DNA of 64,000 nt from Alphaproteobacteria bacterium (lineage in GTDB: Bacteria > Pseudomonadota > Alphaproteobacteria > CAAHEQ01 > UBA3637): NCBI GenBank assembly GCA_045638265.1, contig JAZUBA010000050.1, positions 41,983 to 105,982 of the forward strand. The letters are read 5' to 3'. Every line of letters starts with the position of its first letter. Position 1 is the first letter of the stretch. The notes under the pieces are model-generated. The model did no database searches and was not told where the DNA came from. It saw only the letters and a program-made list of their open reading frames with translations. Shown here piece after piece: positions 9,180 to 19,938 of this stretch. The position numbers and the translations under genes are program-made.

Positions 9180-10034
9180 ATGACAACACCTCTCATTTCT
9201 GTTTTAATGCCGGTATACAATACTGATGAAATTTATTTAAGAGAAGCCATTGAGTCAGTTTTAAACCAAACATATACGAATTTTGAGTTTATTATTTGCG
9301 ATGATAAATCAACAAATAATGCCTTATCCGTGATTCAATCTTATCATGACAAACGTATACGACTCATTCAAAATGAAAAAAATTCAGGTATCAGTGTAAC
9401 GCGTAACAAATTGTGCAAAATGGCAAAAGGTAAATATATTGCCCTTGCAGATAGTGACGATATTTCTTTACCAACCCGTTTTGAAAAACAAATTGCTTTT
9501 TTAGAATCTCATGCCGATATATCTCTTGTCGGAGCGTGGTATGAACGTTTTCCTCAAAAATTTATACCGCAACTCCCTGAAAAAGTATCACTTGTAGATA
9601 TGTTAAAATGGTGTGCTGTTGCTCAACCGGTTGTTATGTATCGTAAAACTGATTTTGAAGACAAAAATTTAATCTACGATACAAATTTATCTTGTGCCGT
9701 TGATTACGATATGTGGTGTCGGGCATTAATGAGTGGATTAAAAATGGCTAATATCCCAGAGGTTTTATTAAAATACAGATGGCATGAAAAGAATATTTCA
9801 CATACCAAACAAGATTTACAAATTGAAACAACAAAAAATATAAAAAAAAGAATTGCTCAATATTTAACACAAGATAAAGATTTACAAGACAAATTATTGC
9901 AATTAAATGACAGCACTCCTTCCAAAAAAATATATTTATTTGGAAAAATACCGTTTTTGAAAATCAAATCAAAAAATGAGTTGCAGAAATGGTACTTGTT
10001 CGGATGTTTGCCGATTTTAAAAATAAAGAAATAA
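9180..10034 (+). CDS. Family 2 glycosyltransferase
   Basis: ISVLMPVYNTDEIYLREAIESVLNQTY, DSDD. Confidence 0.8.
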   Translation: MTTPLISVLMPVYNTDEIYLREAIESVLNQTYTNFEFIICDDKSTNNALSVIQSYHDKRIRLIQNEKNSGISVTRNKLCKMAKGKYIALADSDDISLPTRFEKQIAFLESHADISLVGAWYERFPQKFIPQLPEKVSLVDMLKWCAVAQPVVMYRKTDFEDKNLIYDTNLSCAVDYDMWCRALMSGLKMANIPEVLLKYRWHEKNISHTKQDLQIETTKNIKKRIAQYLTQDKDLQDKLLQLNDSTPSKKIYLFGKIPFLKIKSKNELQKWYLFGCLPILKIKK

Positions 10035-10043
10035 AACAAATGG

Positions 10044-11819
10044 TTAAATAATTTCTTTATCGTTGTATAATACTGTCGGAAAGTTTAAATAAACAGGCGG
10101 ATAATTCTCTATATAACGCACAATCAAACTTTCTTCAATAGATAAAAATCCTTTTTCGGAAAACATACCCAATTTGCGACACAAACTCCGATGATGTACA
10201 AATGTATTTAAATGAATATCACAATGATTAGCAATGTCTTGACAATCACATTTATCGCCGATTAAAAAGCCGAATTTTTCTGATTTTAAACGACCGTAAT
10301 AAGTTTTTTTGTCTTTTTCAAGTGCCAACGCATAGCTTTCCAAAAAGTATGGATATAATTCATTTTCAGTATCTAAATAAGCAATCCAATTATTTTTAGC
10401 TTGTTTTAGAGCAAAATTCAAACTTTTGCACCGGCCTGATTTTTTTCTGTAAAAATAGCGGATTTTTCCCGATTTTAATTCGCTTGTATATCGCAAACGT
10501 ATATATTCTTCCGTTTCATCAACAGAACCGTCATCAACAATAATCAACTCAAAGTTTTGATATGTTTGTTGTAAACAGGAAACAATGGCTTTATCCATTA
10601 ATTCTTTGTGATTAAACGTATATAAAATAATAGAAAAGTTTGCATCCGGACTGATTTGCGGTTTTTCAGGAATAAAAGGAAGCATATCTTGATGATTTTC
10701 CTGAATATAGTGATATGTCTTTTCAACCCCTTCAAAATTAAGCCCTTGATTTTGAAGTGAATTCAAAGGAATAATCGGACATCTGTGTGATAACATTGTT
10801 ATTGGTAATGTCATCATATCCGTTACCATATTAAACGGATAAAGATATGATTTATCCTGATGGGCAATATAACCGCCATATGAAAAACCATGATTTTTTA
10901 AAACACGAAACAATCCGGCTTCATATTTAAAAAAGTCATCCCGTTCGTCCATTTCCCGTTCAATAGATAAAATAAAATCTGAAAAAACAGTTGATTGAAA
11001 CACTTTTGGACGCACTGTCAATAAGTAATGTTGTGCATAAGCTGTTTGTTTAGATTGTAATGTTGTCAGACCCCAATAATCTATACCTCGTCCGGACATT
11101 TCATCAAACATTTCTTTCAGAGGAAAAAACGGTCCAATACCTCTGTCATTGCAAAAAACAAGTGAACGAGTAGATGAAAGTAATCCTTTGTCTTTAACAT
11201 ATAAATACCCCAATTTATATGAACCAAATAATCCACCTCTATGCCGTTGACATAAACAATAATTGACAATGTCTTTTATCTTTTCGGCTTCTTGTGGAAA
11301 AATGGGACAATCGGCAATAAAAACAATGTTACCGACGACTTTTTTTAATTCTGTTAAGTAATGAACAACCGAATCCGAAATACGTCCATCTGTCATAAAA
11401 GCCGAGAAAATTGCCGTTCGATCAGTCGGAATGAGCGGTAAAAAACGCCGTTCTACTGATTTTGTTTTTTTAGGAAAATGAACGGTATCAAATTTAGGAA
11501 ATCTTTTCTTACGGGTCCGAATTAATAAATCCGCCAAAGGACAAACACCTTTATTCAAAACCTCCGGATACAATTCAAAATATTGTTTTGTATCAAATAT
11601 ACGACTGGGGTTTTTCCCTTCTTTCCAACCATATTTAAAATAATGACGAGCGACATCAACCGTGTCATCAATATTCGGATTTTGCGATAAATACCACTCT
11701 TCTTCAAAGAATGAAGACCCGCGTATTCGTTCAATTGATAAACGTTCTTTAAATTCTTTATCATCCATTAAGCGGAAAAAACGTTTTAATTTAAGCATTT
11801 TTATCGGCATTGAGTACAA
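10044..11819 (-). CDS. Large two-domain glycosyltransferase (C-terminal GT2 domain plus N-terminal polysaccharide-synthesis domain)
   Basis: C-terminal half FSIILYTFNHKELMDKAIVSCLQQTYQNFELIIVDDGSVDETEEY is GT2-like; 591 aa. Confidence 0.6.
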   Translation of the reverse strand: MYSMPIKMLKLKRFFRLMDDKEFKERLSIERIRGSSFFEEEWYLSQNPNIDDTVDVARHYFKYGWKEGKNPSRIFDTKQYFELYPEVLNKGVCPLADLLIRTRKKRFPKFDTVHFPKKTKSVERRFLPLIPTDRTAIFSAFMTDGRISDSVVHYLTELKKVVGNIVFIADCPIFPQEAEKIKDIVNYCLCQRHRGGLFGSYKLGYLYVKDKGLLSSTRSLVFCNDRGIGPFFPLKEMFDEMSGRGIDYWGLTTLQSKQTAYAQHYLLTVRPKVFQSTVFSDFILSIEREMDERDDFFKYEAGLFRVLKNHGFSYGGYIAHQDKSYLYPFNMVTDMMTLPITMLSHRCPIIPLNSLQNQGLNFEGVEKTYHYIQENHQDMLPFIPEKPQISPDANFSIILYTFNHKELMDKAIVSCLQQTYQNFELIIVDDGSVDETEEYIRLRYTSELKSGKIRYFYRKKSGRCKSLNFALKQAKNNWIAYLDTENELYPYFLESYALALEKDKKTYYGRLKSEKFGFLIGDKCDCQDIANHCDIHLNTFVHHRSLCRKLGMFSEKGFLSIEESLIVRYIENYPPVYLNFPTVLYNDKEII

Positions 11820-11828
11820 CCTTTATCA

Positions 11829-12854
11829 TTATTTGTCTGTATTTAATTTTTTCAAATACCATTCTACAGTTTTTTTGATGCCACTGTCAAATGTTTCTTG
11901 TGCTTTCCACCCTAATTTTGTTTCTAACTTTGTTGAATCAATCGCATAACGAAAATCATGACCTGCCCTATCTTGCACAAATGTAATCAATTCATCATAC
12001 TTGCGTCCGTTTGAACGGGGTACATACATATCCAATAATGCACAAATTGTTTTAACAATAGATATATTGTTTTTCTCATTATGACCGCCGACATTGTAGG
12101 TTTCACCGGCTATACCTTTGTGAAAAATCAAGTCAATTGCATGACAATGATCTGCCACATATAACCAATCCCTTACGTTTAAGCCTTGTCCGTATATTGG
12201 CAATGGTTCGCCTTTTAAAGCTTTTGAAATAATACAGGGAATCAATTTTTCAGCATGTTGTTTCGGTCCGTAATTATTAGAACAATTTGATGTTGTTACA
12301 TTAAGTCCGTATGTATGAAAATAAGCTCTTACCAAAAAGTCAGAACCGGCCTTGGTTGCCGAATAAGGACTGTTTGGGGCATACGGTGTTGTTTCACAAA
12401 ACAAACCCTCTTCACCTAATGTACCATAAACTTCATCTGTTGAAATATGATGAAAACGACAATGTTCATAACCAACCTTTGGTTGGTTCGGTGCATTCAT
12501 CCAGTGTTTGCGAGCTGTTTCCAGCAAATGAAACGTACCGATTAAGTTCGTATTGATAAATGCTTTTGGATTTTTGATGGAATTATCTACATGACTTTCA
12601 GCGGCAAAATGAATAACGCCTTGAATATCATATTTTTCAAATATCGTTTCAACTAATGTTTCATCACAAATGTCACCCTGTATAAAACAATAATTATCCA
12701 TTGTTTCACATTCACTTAAATTATCCGTTGAACCGGCATAAGTCAGCTTATCTAAATTAACAATTTGATATTGCGGATATTTTTCACAAAAATACGGTAT
12801 AAAATTTGAACCGATAAAACCGGCACCTCCCGTAACTAAAATTGTTTGAGACAT
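11829..12854 (-). CDS. rfbB: dTDP-glucose 4,6-dehydratase
   Basis: MSQTILVTGGAGFIGSNF Rossmann motif, YxxxK SDR catalytic; start trimmed to ATG at 12854. Confidence 0.85.
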   Translation of the reverse strand: MSQTILVTGGAGFIGSNFIPYFCEKYPQYQIVNLDKLTYAGSTDNLSECETMDNYCFIQGDICDETLVETIFEKYDIQGVIHFAAESHVDNSIKNPKAFINTNLIGTFHLLETARKHWMNAPNQPKVGYEHCRFHHISTDEVYGTLGEEGLFCETTPYAPNSPYSATKAGSDFLVRAYFHTYGLNVTTSNCSNNYGPKQHAEKLIPCIISKALKGEPLPIYGQGLNVRDWLYVADHCHAIDLIFHKGIAGETYNVGGHNEKNNISIVKTICALLDMYVPRSNGRKYDELITFVQDRAGHDFRYAIDSTKLETKLGWKAQETFDSGIKKTVEWYLKKLNTDK

Positions 12855-13666
12855 TGAACTAAACTCTCCTTCCAATGCGGAATGGTTAAATGAAATGTGT
12901 TTTTGATTTTCGTCTTATCCAATACACTATAAAATGGGCGAATGGCTTTTGTCGGGTATTCTGATGACAAAATAGGATAAATCTGACAATTCAAATGAGA
13001 TAAGACCATAATCGCTGTTGCAAAATCATACCATGAACAAACACCTTCGTTCGTGTAATGATAAATCCCCTTGTTTTCAACAGTCATTTGAGGTAAAATA
13101 TCAACAATGGCTTGAGCTAAATCACCGGCAAAAGTCGGTGTTCCGATTTGATCGCAAACAACATTTAATCTTGTCCGTTCACATCCTAAACGACGCATTG
13201 TTTTCACAAAATTCTGACCGTTTGCCGAATATAGCCAAGCGGTCCGTATAATAACGGCATTTTGAGCATATTTAAGAACTGCTTGTTCGCCCTGCTCTTT
13301 TGTTATACCATAAACAGACAGCGGATTGGGTTTGTCATCAGGCGTGTATGGTCTATACATATGTCCGTCAAAAACATAATCAGTTGAAATATGAATCAGT
13401 TTACAGCCTGTTTTTGCTAAATTTTCAGGACCGACAACATTAACGGCATAAGCAGTTTCTTTATCATCCTCTGCTTTATCAACTGCCGTATAAGCTGCAC
13501 AATTAATAATGGTTGTTATCTGATATTTATGAATAAAAGACTCAACATCTTCATAATTTGTAATATCCAAAGTATCCGTATCGGTCAAAATAGCTTGCGG
13601 TAATAATTTTGTCAGTTCAAGCCCTAATTGTCCTTTTGCACCCGTAATTAATATTTTTTCCTGCAT
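12836..13666 (-). CDS. rfbD: dTDP-4-dehydrorhamnose reductase
   Basis: MQEKILITGAKGQLG; RmlD-like length; start trimmed to 13666. Confidence 0.8.
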   Translation of the reverse strand: MQEKILITGAKGQLGLELTKLLPQAILTDTDTLDITNYEDVESFIHKYQITTIINCAAYTAVDKAEDDKETAYAVNVVGPENLAKTGCKLIHISTDYVFDGHMYRPYTPDDKPNPLSVYGITKEQGEQAVLKYAQNAVIIRTAWLYSANGQNFVKTMRRLGCERTRLNVVCDQIGTPTFAGDLAQAIVDILPQMTVENKGIYHYTNEGVCSWYDFATAIMVLSHLNCQIYPILSSEYPTKAIRPFYSVLDKTKIKNTFHLTIPHWKESLVQCLKQF

Positions 13667-13677
13667 TTCATTTTCCG

Positions 13678-14238
13678 TCACTTGAAACAATTTGTTCTTT
13701 CTTGATAATCTTTCAATGTTCCTGACAAACAATCTTTTTCTGAAACAATAATTTTATCCTGAGGAATCTGCCAATCTACTCCGATGGTTTCATCATCATA
13801 ACGTATCCCTAATTCTGCTGATTTACAATACAAATTATCACATTTATAAGCAAAAACCGCTTTTTCACTTAACACTGAAAATCCATGTAAAAAACCACGA
13901 GGAATAAAAAGTTGGCGTTTATTTTCATCTGACAATTCAACCGCAACATAACGACCGAATGTTTGTGAATTCGGACGAATATCTACGGCAACATCTAACA
14001 CACGTCCCTGTAAAACACGCACAAGTTTTGCCTGTGCAAATTCACCTGTTTGACAATGCAAACCTCTGATAACACCATAAGAAGACTCAGATTGATTATC
14101 TTGCACAAATTTTGCCGTTATACCGTTTTTTATAAATTCGGCTTCATTGTAACTTTCAAAAAAATATCCCCGAGAATCGTGAAATACTTTCGGTTCAACA
14201 ATTATCACACCCGCAATATCCGTTTTAATAAAATTCAT
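13678..14238 (-). CDS. rfbC: dTDP-4-dehydrorhamnose 3,5-epimerase
   Basis: GVIIVEPKVFHDSRGYFFESY...RGLHCQ cupin motifs typical of RmlC. Confidence 0.85.
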   Translation of the reverse strand: MNFIKTDIAGVIIVEPKVFHDSRGYFFESYNEAEFIKNGITAKFVQDNQSESSYGVIRGLHCQTGEFAQAKLVRVLQGRVLDVAVDIRPNSQTFGRYVAVELSDENKRQLFIPRGFLHGFSVLSEKAVFAYKCDNLYCKSAELGIRYDDETIGVDWQIPQDKIIVSEKDCLSGTLKDYQERTNCFK

Positions 14239-15112
14239 GATGCTCCTCATAGACTTTTTGAAGATATTTTTTATAATCATTATCCGTTAATTCGTGAATT
14301 AAGGCTAACAGTTGATTATCATCTATAAAGTGTTGACGATAGGCAATTTCTTCAATACAGGCAATTTTTAAACCCTGTCTTTTTTCAATAATCTGAACAA
14401 AAGAACTTGCCTCAATTAAACTGTCCGGTGTACCGGCATCTAACCAAGCGTTTCCTCTTTGCATGGGGACAACAGTCATTTTATTTTCTTGTAAATATAA
14501 ATTATTTAAATCCGTTATTTCATATTCACCTCGTTCAGAAGGTTGTAAAGAACGGGCTTTTGCCACAACATCAGACGGGTAAAAATATAACCCAACCGAT
14601 ACATAATTTGATTTAGGATGTTTTGGTTTTTCTTCAATGGATTTAACGTTGCGTTTTTCATCAAACTCTACCACGCCAAAACGTTGCGGATCTGCAACGT
14701 GATATGCAAATATTGTTGCTCTTTGACCTTGATTTTGAGCAACTTCATTTTGAAAGGAAGCAAATTGATTGCCCATATAAAAAATATTATCGCCTAAAAT
14801 CAAACACACGTCATCTTGTCCGATAAAATCAGCCCCGATGGTAAATGCCTGTGCAATACCCTTCGGTTCTGACTGAACGGCATAAGAGAGCGATAAGCCC
14901 AACTGTGAACCATCACCAAACAGTTTTTGAATATTAGGCGTATCATGCGGTGTTGAAATAATTAAAATTTCCCGTATACCAAACAGCATTAACGTTGAAA
15001 GCGGATAATAAATCATCGGTTTATCATAAACCGGCAACAACTGCTTGGAAATTGTTTTTGTCAACGGATATAATCTTGTCCCGCTTCCCCCTGCCAAGAT
15101 AATGCCTTTCAT
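14225..15112 (-). CDS. rfbA: Glucose-1-phosphate thymidylyltransferase
   Basis: MKGIILAGGSGTRLYPLT...; RmlA signature. Confidence 0.9.
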   Translation of the reverse strand: MKGIILAGGSGTRLYPLTKTISKQLLPVYDKPMIYYPLSTLMLFGIREILIISTPHDTPNIQKLFGDGSQLGLSLSYAVQSEPKGIAQAFTIGADFIGQDDVCLILGDNIFYMGNQFASFQNEVAQNQGQRATIFAYHVADPQRFGVVEFDEKRNVKSIEEKPKHPKSNYVSVGLYFYPSDVVAKARSLQPSERGEYEITDLNNLYLQENKMTVVPMQRGNAWLDAGTPDSLIEASSFVQIIEKRQGLKIACIEEIAYRQHFIDDNQLLALIHELTDNDYKKYLQKVYEEHHEFY

Positions 15113-15960
15113 TTAACCTCCAACTTCATTTTTATTTTAATAAAAGGTATATATTTTAAGTATTTCGGTTTGCAAGAGCCGACTTGTTTCATTTTAAAAA
15201 CAGGAATACAACCAAACAATTTTCCCCGAATAATATAATTATTATTCAAATGAACTTTATTCCACAATTCAGATTGGTCTTGTTTCAAAAACTGATGAAT
15301 TTTATCTACTGACTCCAAACGTTTATTATCTTGCAATTTAGATGTATTTGTTTCATGCCAACGATATTTCATTAACACTTTTTGAATATTATAAAATTTT
15401 GTTTTTCCGATTAAACGTGCCCAAAGAGCATAATCTTCAGCAGGGGTAAATTCTTTTTCATACCTGATATTATGCTTTTTTAACACATCAGCACGTATCA
15501 TGGCACTGGGGTGAAATACAGCACAACCGGATATTAAATAGTCTTCTATATCATTGTTGTATTCCGGTAATTTTGAAGCTTTTTTTATTTTCGGGAAACG
15601 AATATATAGACCACCTATCACGCCGATTTCAGGGGTTTCATCCAAAATTTTTACTTGCATTTCAAACCGATTGGATACAGCTATATCATCATGATCCATA
15701 ACCGCTAAGTACTCACCTTGTGCTAAATCAATCAATTTATTTCGTGATGGGGTAATGCCTAAATTTGCCTCATTTTTGAAATATTTTATTCGTTTGTCGT
15801 GATAAGATAAAACAACATCTTCCCGTGTCTCTTCGGGACAATCATCTAAAATCAGAAATTCAAAATCCGTATAAGTTTGCGATAAAATACTTTCTATGGC
15901 TTCTTTTAAATATGTTTCATTTGTTTTATAAATAGGCATTAAAACCGAAATTTTAGGCAT
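15109..15960 (-). CDS. Family 2 glycosyltransferase
   Basis: ISVLMPIYKTNETYLKEAIESILSQTY, DHDD; C-terminus paralogous to the 9180-10034 C-terminus. Confidence 0.8.
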   Translation of the reverse strand: MPKISVLMPIYKTNETYLKEAIESILSQTYTDFEFLILDDCPEETREDVVLSYHDKRIKYFKNEANLGITPSRNKLIDLAQGEYLAVMDHDDIAVSNRFEMQVKILDETPEIGVIGGLYIRFPKIKKASKLPEYNNDIEDYLISGCAVFHPSAMIRADVLKKHNIRYEKEFTPAEDYALWARLIGKTKFYNIQKVLMKYRWHETNTSKLQDNKRLESVDKIHQFLKQDQSELWNKVHLNNNYIIRGKLFGCIPVFKMKQVGSCKPKYLKYIPFIKIKMKLEVK

Positions 15961-16045
15961 TGATGTTCCTTTTTCATAATTAAAAACAATATGAATTAAA
16001 AGTACAAATTCTCATGACAAAAGTCAAGCACTTTTTAAAAACATT

Positions 16046-16654
16046 TTATGCTTTAATACTTTTGTTTGAATGAATATAAATAAGAGGTAAAATAACTAAC
16101 GAAAGGATATATTTTAAAATGATGTTAAACATAAAAATCTGAAACACAACAGCTTGTGAATACACAAAACTAAATGCCCCGTAACAGAAGATAAAATTAT
16201 CAATCGGCACACTGACACCATTACTGGCAAGCACTCTGCCCCATTTATGTTTATTGCCGAATTTTAATGTATACCGATGATAAATATGTGTATCAATTAA
16301 TTCACTGACTAATTGTGCCAATAATGAAAAAACAACAATACGCCATACAGGAGATAAAACCGTATCAAAATAGTGTGATGTAATAACCGATTTATCAGCC
16401 GGAAAAATACCGATAAAACAAAAATATAACGCCATAAATAAATTGATTAAAACAGCAGTCCAAATACAAACATATGTTGTTTTTTTATCAGTTGCCTGAT
16501 GGATTACATCTCTCAATGTAAAAGTTAAAGGATATAAAAAAACACCCATATCAACGGCATAATTAAAAACAAAACCAACCTTAATACTGGCGATATTAGA
16601 TAAAAGTTGAAATGAAACATACACAATAATACACACAAGTGCATAAATCGGCAT
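16046..16654 (-). CDS. Polytopic membrane protein, YhhQ/DUF165-like (possible queuosine-precursor transporter)
   Basis: ~6 TM, 202 aa; FLYPLTFTLRDVIHQ region resembles the YhhQ family. Confidence 0.45.
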   Translation of the reverse strand: MPIYALVCIIVYVSFQLLSNIASIKVGFVFNYAVDMGVFLYPLTFTLRDVIHQATDKKTTYVCIWTAVLINLFMALYFCFIGIFPADKSVITSHYFDTVLSPVWRIVVFSLLAQLVSELIDTHIYHRYTLKFGNKHKWGRVLASNGVSVPIDNFIFCYGAFSFVYSQAVVFQIFMFNIILKYILSLVILPLIYIHSNKSIKA

Positions 16655-16692
16655 ATTTTATTTCTCCTTCAACTATAATTGAGTGATATTAA

Positions 16693-17175
16693 TTAACGGG
16701 CATTTCCTTTTAATGCCATGGCAGAATTGACTTTTGGCCGTGTATAACCTTCCCTATCGGCAAAAGCAACTCTTGCCTCTTTAACACTTGCCAAATCCAT
16801 ACCTTCATATTTGGCAAAATCTTCACCATATTTCCATGTAACAGATAATAATTGTGTAGCAACCGTATATGTAATCGGATCAATATTAAAACCGATTTTA
16901 GCATCTTCACGGGCTTTATCATGTATTTTTGCTGTCAAACCTTGATTTTGAGCTTTCATTTCTGCTTGCATTAAGCAACCCCAACGATTTGTAAAATCTA
17001 AAATGTGTCCATAATCTTTTTCCAACTGTTTTTTGGCACTACCATATTCCGTTGTATGACCGCTTACATCCAATGTTTCGCCTGCAATTTTCATATCAAC
17101 CAAAGTTTTAACCTTGTTTGTTTCTATTTTTTTTCTGATATCGGCATTTGAATCAATGTTTATATTATTAGTCAT
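16693..17175 (-). CDS. Hypothetical protein
   Basis: ATG at 17175 preceded by AAGGAG RBS; no recognisable motif. Confidence 0.45.
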   Translation of the reverse strand: MTNNINIDSNADIRKKIETNKVKTLVDMKIAGETLDVSGHTTEYGSAKKQLEKDYGHILDFTNRWGCLMQAEMKAQNQGLTAKIHDKAREDAKIGFNIDPITYTVATQLLSVTWKYGEDFAKYEGMDLASVKEARVAFADREGYTRPKVNSAMALKGNAR

Positions 17176-17369
17176 AAAAAAGCTCCTTATATTGTAATGT
17201 ATGTTAATTATATACAAAAAAAAGCATACTGTCAATATATTTTTACTTTTCGTTTACATCTATCAATAATTTAATGCATTCAAAAAACAGCACCAACATT
17301 AAAAGCACAAAAAATTAAAAAAAAACATCCCTTAAAAGATAAGAGATGTTTTAATTGATAATGTATTGA

Positions 17370-17684
17370 TTAGATATTTTCTTTAATCCAAGCAGTCATA
17401 TCCGATTTTGATTGGGCGCCTAATTTTTTATCAACCATGGCACCGTTTTTAAACATAATCATTGTCGGAATACTTTGAATATTAAATAATTCCGGTGTTT
17501 GAGGTGCTTCATCAACATCCATTTTAACAATTTTAATTTTACCGGCAAATTCTGTTTCCATTTCTTCCATTAAGGGCAACATTTGACGGCAAGGACCACA
17601 CCATGTCGCAAAAAAATCTACAATAACCGGTATATTTGATTCTAATACTTCGGTTTTAAAAGCTTCATCTGTAATTTGTTGCAT
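17370..17684 (-). CDS. trxA: Thioredoxin
   Basis: WCGPCR active site; start MQQITDEAF with RBS caaaggag. Confidence 0.9.
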   Translation of the reverse strand: MQQITDEAFKTEVLESNIPVIVDFFATWCGPCRQMLPLMEEMETEFAGKIKIVKMDVDEAPQTPELFNIQSIPTMIMFKNGAMVDKKLGAQSKSDMTAWIKENI

Positions 17685-17735
17685 GTTATCTCCTTTGTTA
17701 CATTTATTCAATTTATATGGGTGAATATAGTATGT

Positions 17736-18896
17736 TTAACGTGTGTTGTCAAGACTATAAGTCGGTTTATTTTGTTTTAAAGCATTTTTAAATGTATCAA
17801 TTGTCATTTGACCGGATGACATTTGAATAACCGCCTGTTTGGTAAATTGTTTAATTTCGTCTTCACTCTCTTGTGTATCGTATGTTTTTAAAAATGAATT
17901 CATATGCTCAAATACAGAGCGGTAAAATTCTAATCCTTCATTTTTATTATTTTGAATTTTTTGAGATAAATACCGTTTATATTGATAAAGCGTACCTTCT
18001 CCGCCTTGTTGTATTTCTTTTGACATATACTCATTTAGATAGTCAAAAACACCGATTTTTATGTCTTCATTCGGATGAAACGGAATACCGCTGATTAAAC
18101 TGTTTTTGGCAATTAATATTCCGTTTTTTTCATCAATAAGCCATTCAATCGGTGATACCTCCAACCAACAAACTTTATGTGATTCTAATGTTGAACCATC
18201 GGATAACATAGATGGAAAGTCATTTGTCTGAAAAATATTATCCCGACAAACAAGACGCACATAACGCGCCTGATTAAGTTTATATACCGGCAAATTTTCT
18301 GCTTCAAAAAAAGAAAAATTTTGACTTATTTTTGTCGTAAAATTTTGTTTTGATGCTTTTAATGTTCCGGCCTGAAATTCGTTTTCTAATGTTTTACTGA
18401 TATCTTTCGGTGCTAAATTTTGAGGAAAAAAGCCATATTTTACTGTTTTGATTTTAATTTCTTTCCAATCAACTGAACTTGATTGTATTTCTTCGGGAAT
18501 ACCATTAAAACGCCACTGCGTAAAACTCTCCAATCGGGAACGATAGTCTTTAACATACTGAACTTCATAATTAAAAATCATACTTCTTGGCACATCAAAT
18601 ATCTTAATAACGGGCCTAATTCCCCGTGAATATGAAAAATCAAATTCTTCTTCTCGTTCGGAATAAAAAGTACCGTTTGTATGAATATAATGTCCACCTT
18701 CTTCTGTACGTTTATCAATCCAATAATCCATGGCAATAACGCCTTCTTTTGTTTTTTCATACTCACAAAAATTCGGCATTGTATTTATCCGACCTCCGCA
18801 TAATACGGCAAAATCAGTAGAACCGCCGGATTTGCCATATTCATTCAGAACATCACTTCGTTTAAATTCGTCATATGTTAACAAACGCAAAGACAT
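17736..18896 (-). CDS. Hypothetical protein
   Basis: 386-aa ORF, no recognisable motif. Confidence 0.45.
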   Translation of the reverse strand: MSLRLLTYDEFKRSDVLNEYGKSGGSTDFAVLCGGRINTMPNFCEYEKTKEGVIAMDYWIDKRTEEGGHYIHTNGTFYSEREEEFDFSYSRGIRPVIKIFDVPRSMIFNYEVQYVKDYRSRLESFTQWRFNGIPEEIQSSSVDWKEIKIKTVKYGFFPQNLAPKDISKTLENEFQAGTLKASKQNFTTKISQNFSFFEAENLPVYKLNQARYVRLVCRDNIFQTNDFPSMLSDGSTLESHKVCWLEVSPIEWLIDEKNGILIAKNSLISGIPFHPNEDIKIGVFDYLNEYMSKEIQQGGEGTLYQYKRYLSQKIQNNKNEGLEFYRSVFEHMNSFLKTYDTQESEDEIKQFTKQAVIQMSSGQMTIDTFKNALKQNKPTYSLDNTR

Positions 18897-18906
18897 TTTT
18901 ATATCC

Positions 18907-19938
18907 TTAAAGTGTATCTAACGGCCAACGGGGACGAGCTTTAAATTCTAACGAATCAGATAATCCGATTAAATGGCGTTCCATACCTGCCCAAGCAATC
19001 ATAACCCCATTATCTGTACATAATTTAATCGGCGGAGCAGAAAAGATTAAGTCATTGATTTTGGCTTTTTCTTCTAACATACTCCGAACGGCAACATTGG
19101 CAGCAACACCTCCGGCAACAACTAAATATTTCCCTTGCGGATAATCTCGTTTAAAAATCTCAATAGCATGATTTAATCTGTCTGACATTTGAGCAATAAC
19201 AGCTGATTGAAATGAAGCACATATATCGTTTTTATGTGTCTCCGTTAATTCAGATAAACGCTCAATGGTTGTGCGAACAGAGGTTTTTAACCCTGAAAAC
19301 GAAAAATCACACCCTTCACGACCTTTCATCGGCACGGGGAAATGAAATGATTTTGGATTCCCCTCTTTTGCCCGCTTTTCAACATTTGGTCCGCCTGGAT
19401 AACCGACATCTAACATTTTGGCAACTTTATCAAAGGCTTCACCGGCCGAATCGTCAATTGTTCCGCCCAGTTTGCGATATTTACCGACTCCCTCAACAAC
19501 CAACACCTGACAATGTCCGCCCGAGGTCAACAATAACAAATACGGAAATGTTACCGGAGCCGATAAACGTGCCGTTAATGCATGACCTTCTAAATGATTA
19601 ACAGCAATAAACGGTAACTGATGCGCCAACGCAATCGCTTTTGCCGTCATAACACCAACCAAAACACCGCCGATAAGACCAGGACCACCGGCAACGGCAA
19701 CGGCTGACAAATCAGAAAACGATTTGCCTGATTTTTCCATAACTTCTTTAATTAAAACATCACATTTTTCCAAATGAGCCCTTGCCGCAATTTCAGGAAC
19801 AACACCACCAAACGAACGATGTTCATCATATTGCGACCACACAACCGATGCCAAAATTTCTTTTTTATCATTCACGACAGCACAAGCCGTTTCATCACAA
19901 CTGCTTTCAATACCCAATACCAATTTTTCGTTGCTCAT
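18907..19938 (-). CDS. tsaD: tRNA N6-adenosine threonylcarbamoyltransferase
   Basis: MSNEKLVLGIESSCDETACAVV...; Kae1/YgjD HxxH metal site. Confidence 0.9.
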   Translation of the reverse strand: MSNEKLVLGIESSCDETACAVVNDKKEILASVVWSQYDEHRSFGGVVPEIAARAHLEKCDVLIKEVMEKSGKSFSDLSAVAVAGGPGLIGGVLVGVMTAKAIALAHQLPFIAVNHLEGHALTARLSAPVTFPYLLLLTSGGHCQVLVVEGVGKYRKLGGTIDDSAGEAFDKVAKMLDVGYPGGPNVEKRAKEGNPKSFHFPVPMKGREGCDFSFSGLKTSVRTTIERLSELTETHKNDICASFQSAVIAQMSDRLNHAIEIFKRDYPQGKYLVVAGGVAANVAVRSMLEEKAKINDLIFSAPPIKLCTDNGVMIAWAGMERHLIGLSDSLEFKARPRWPLDTL

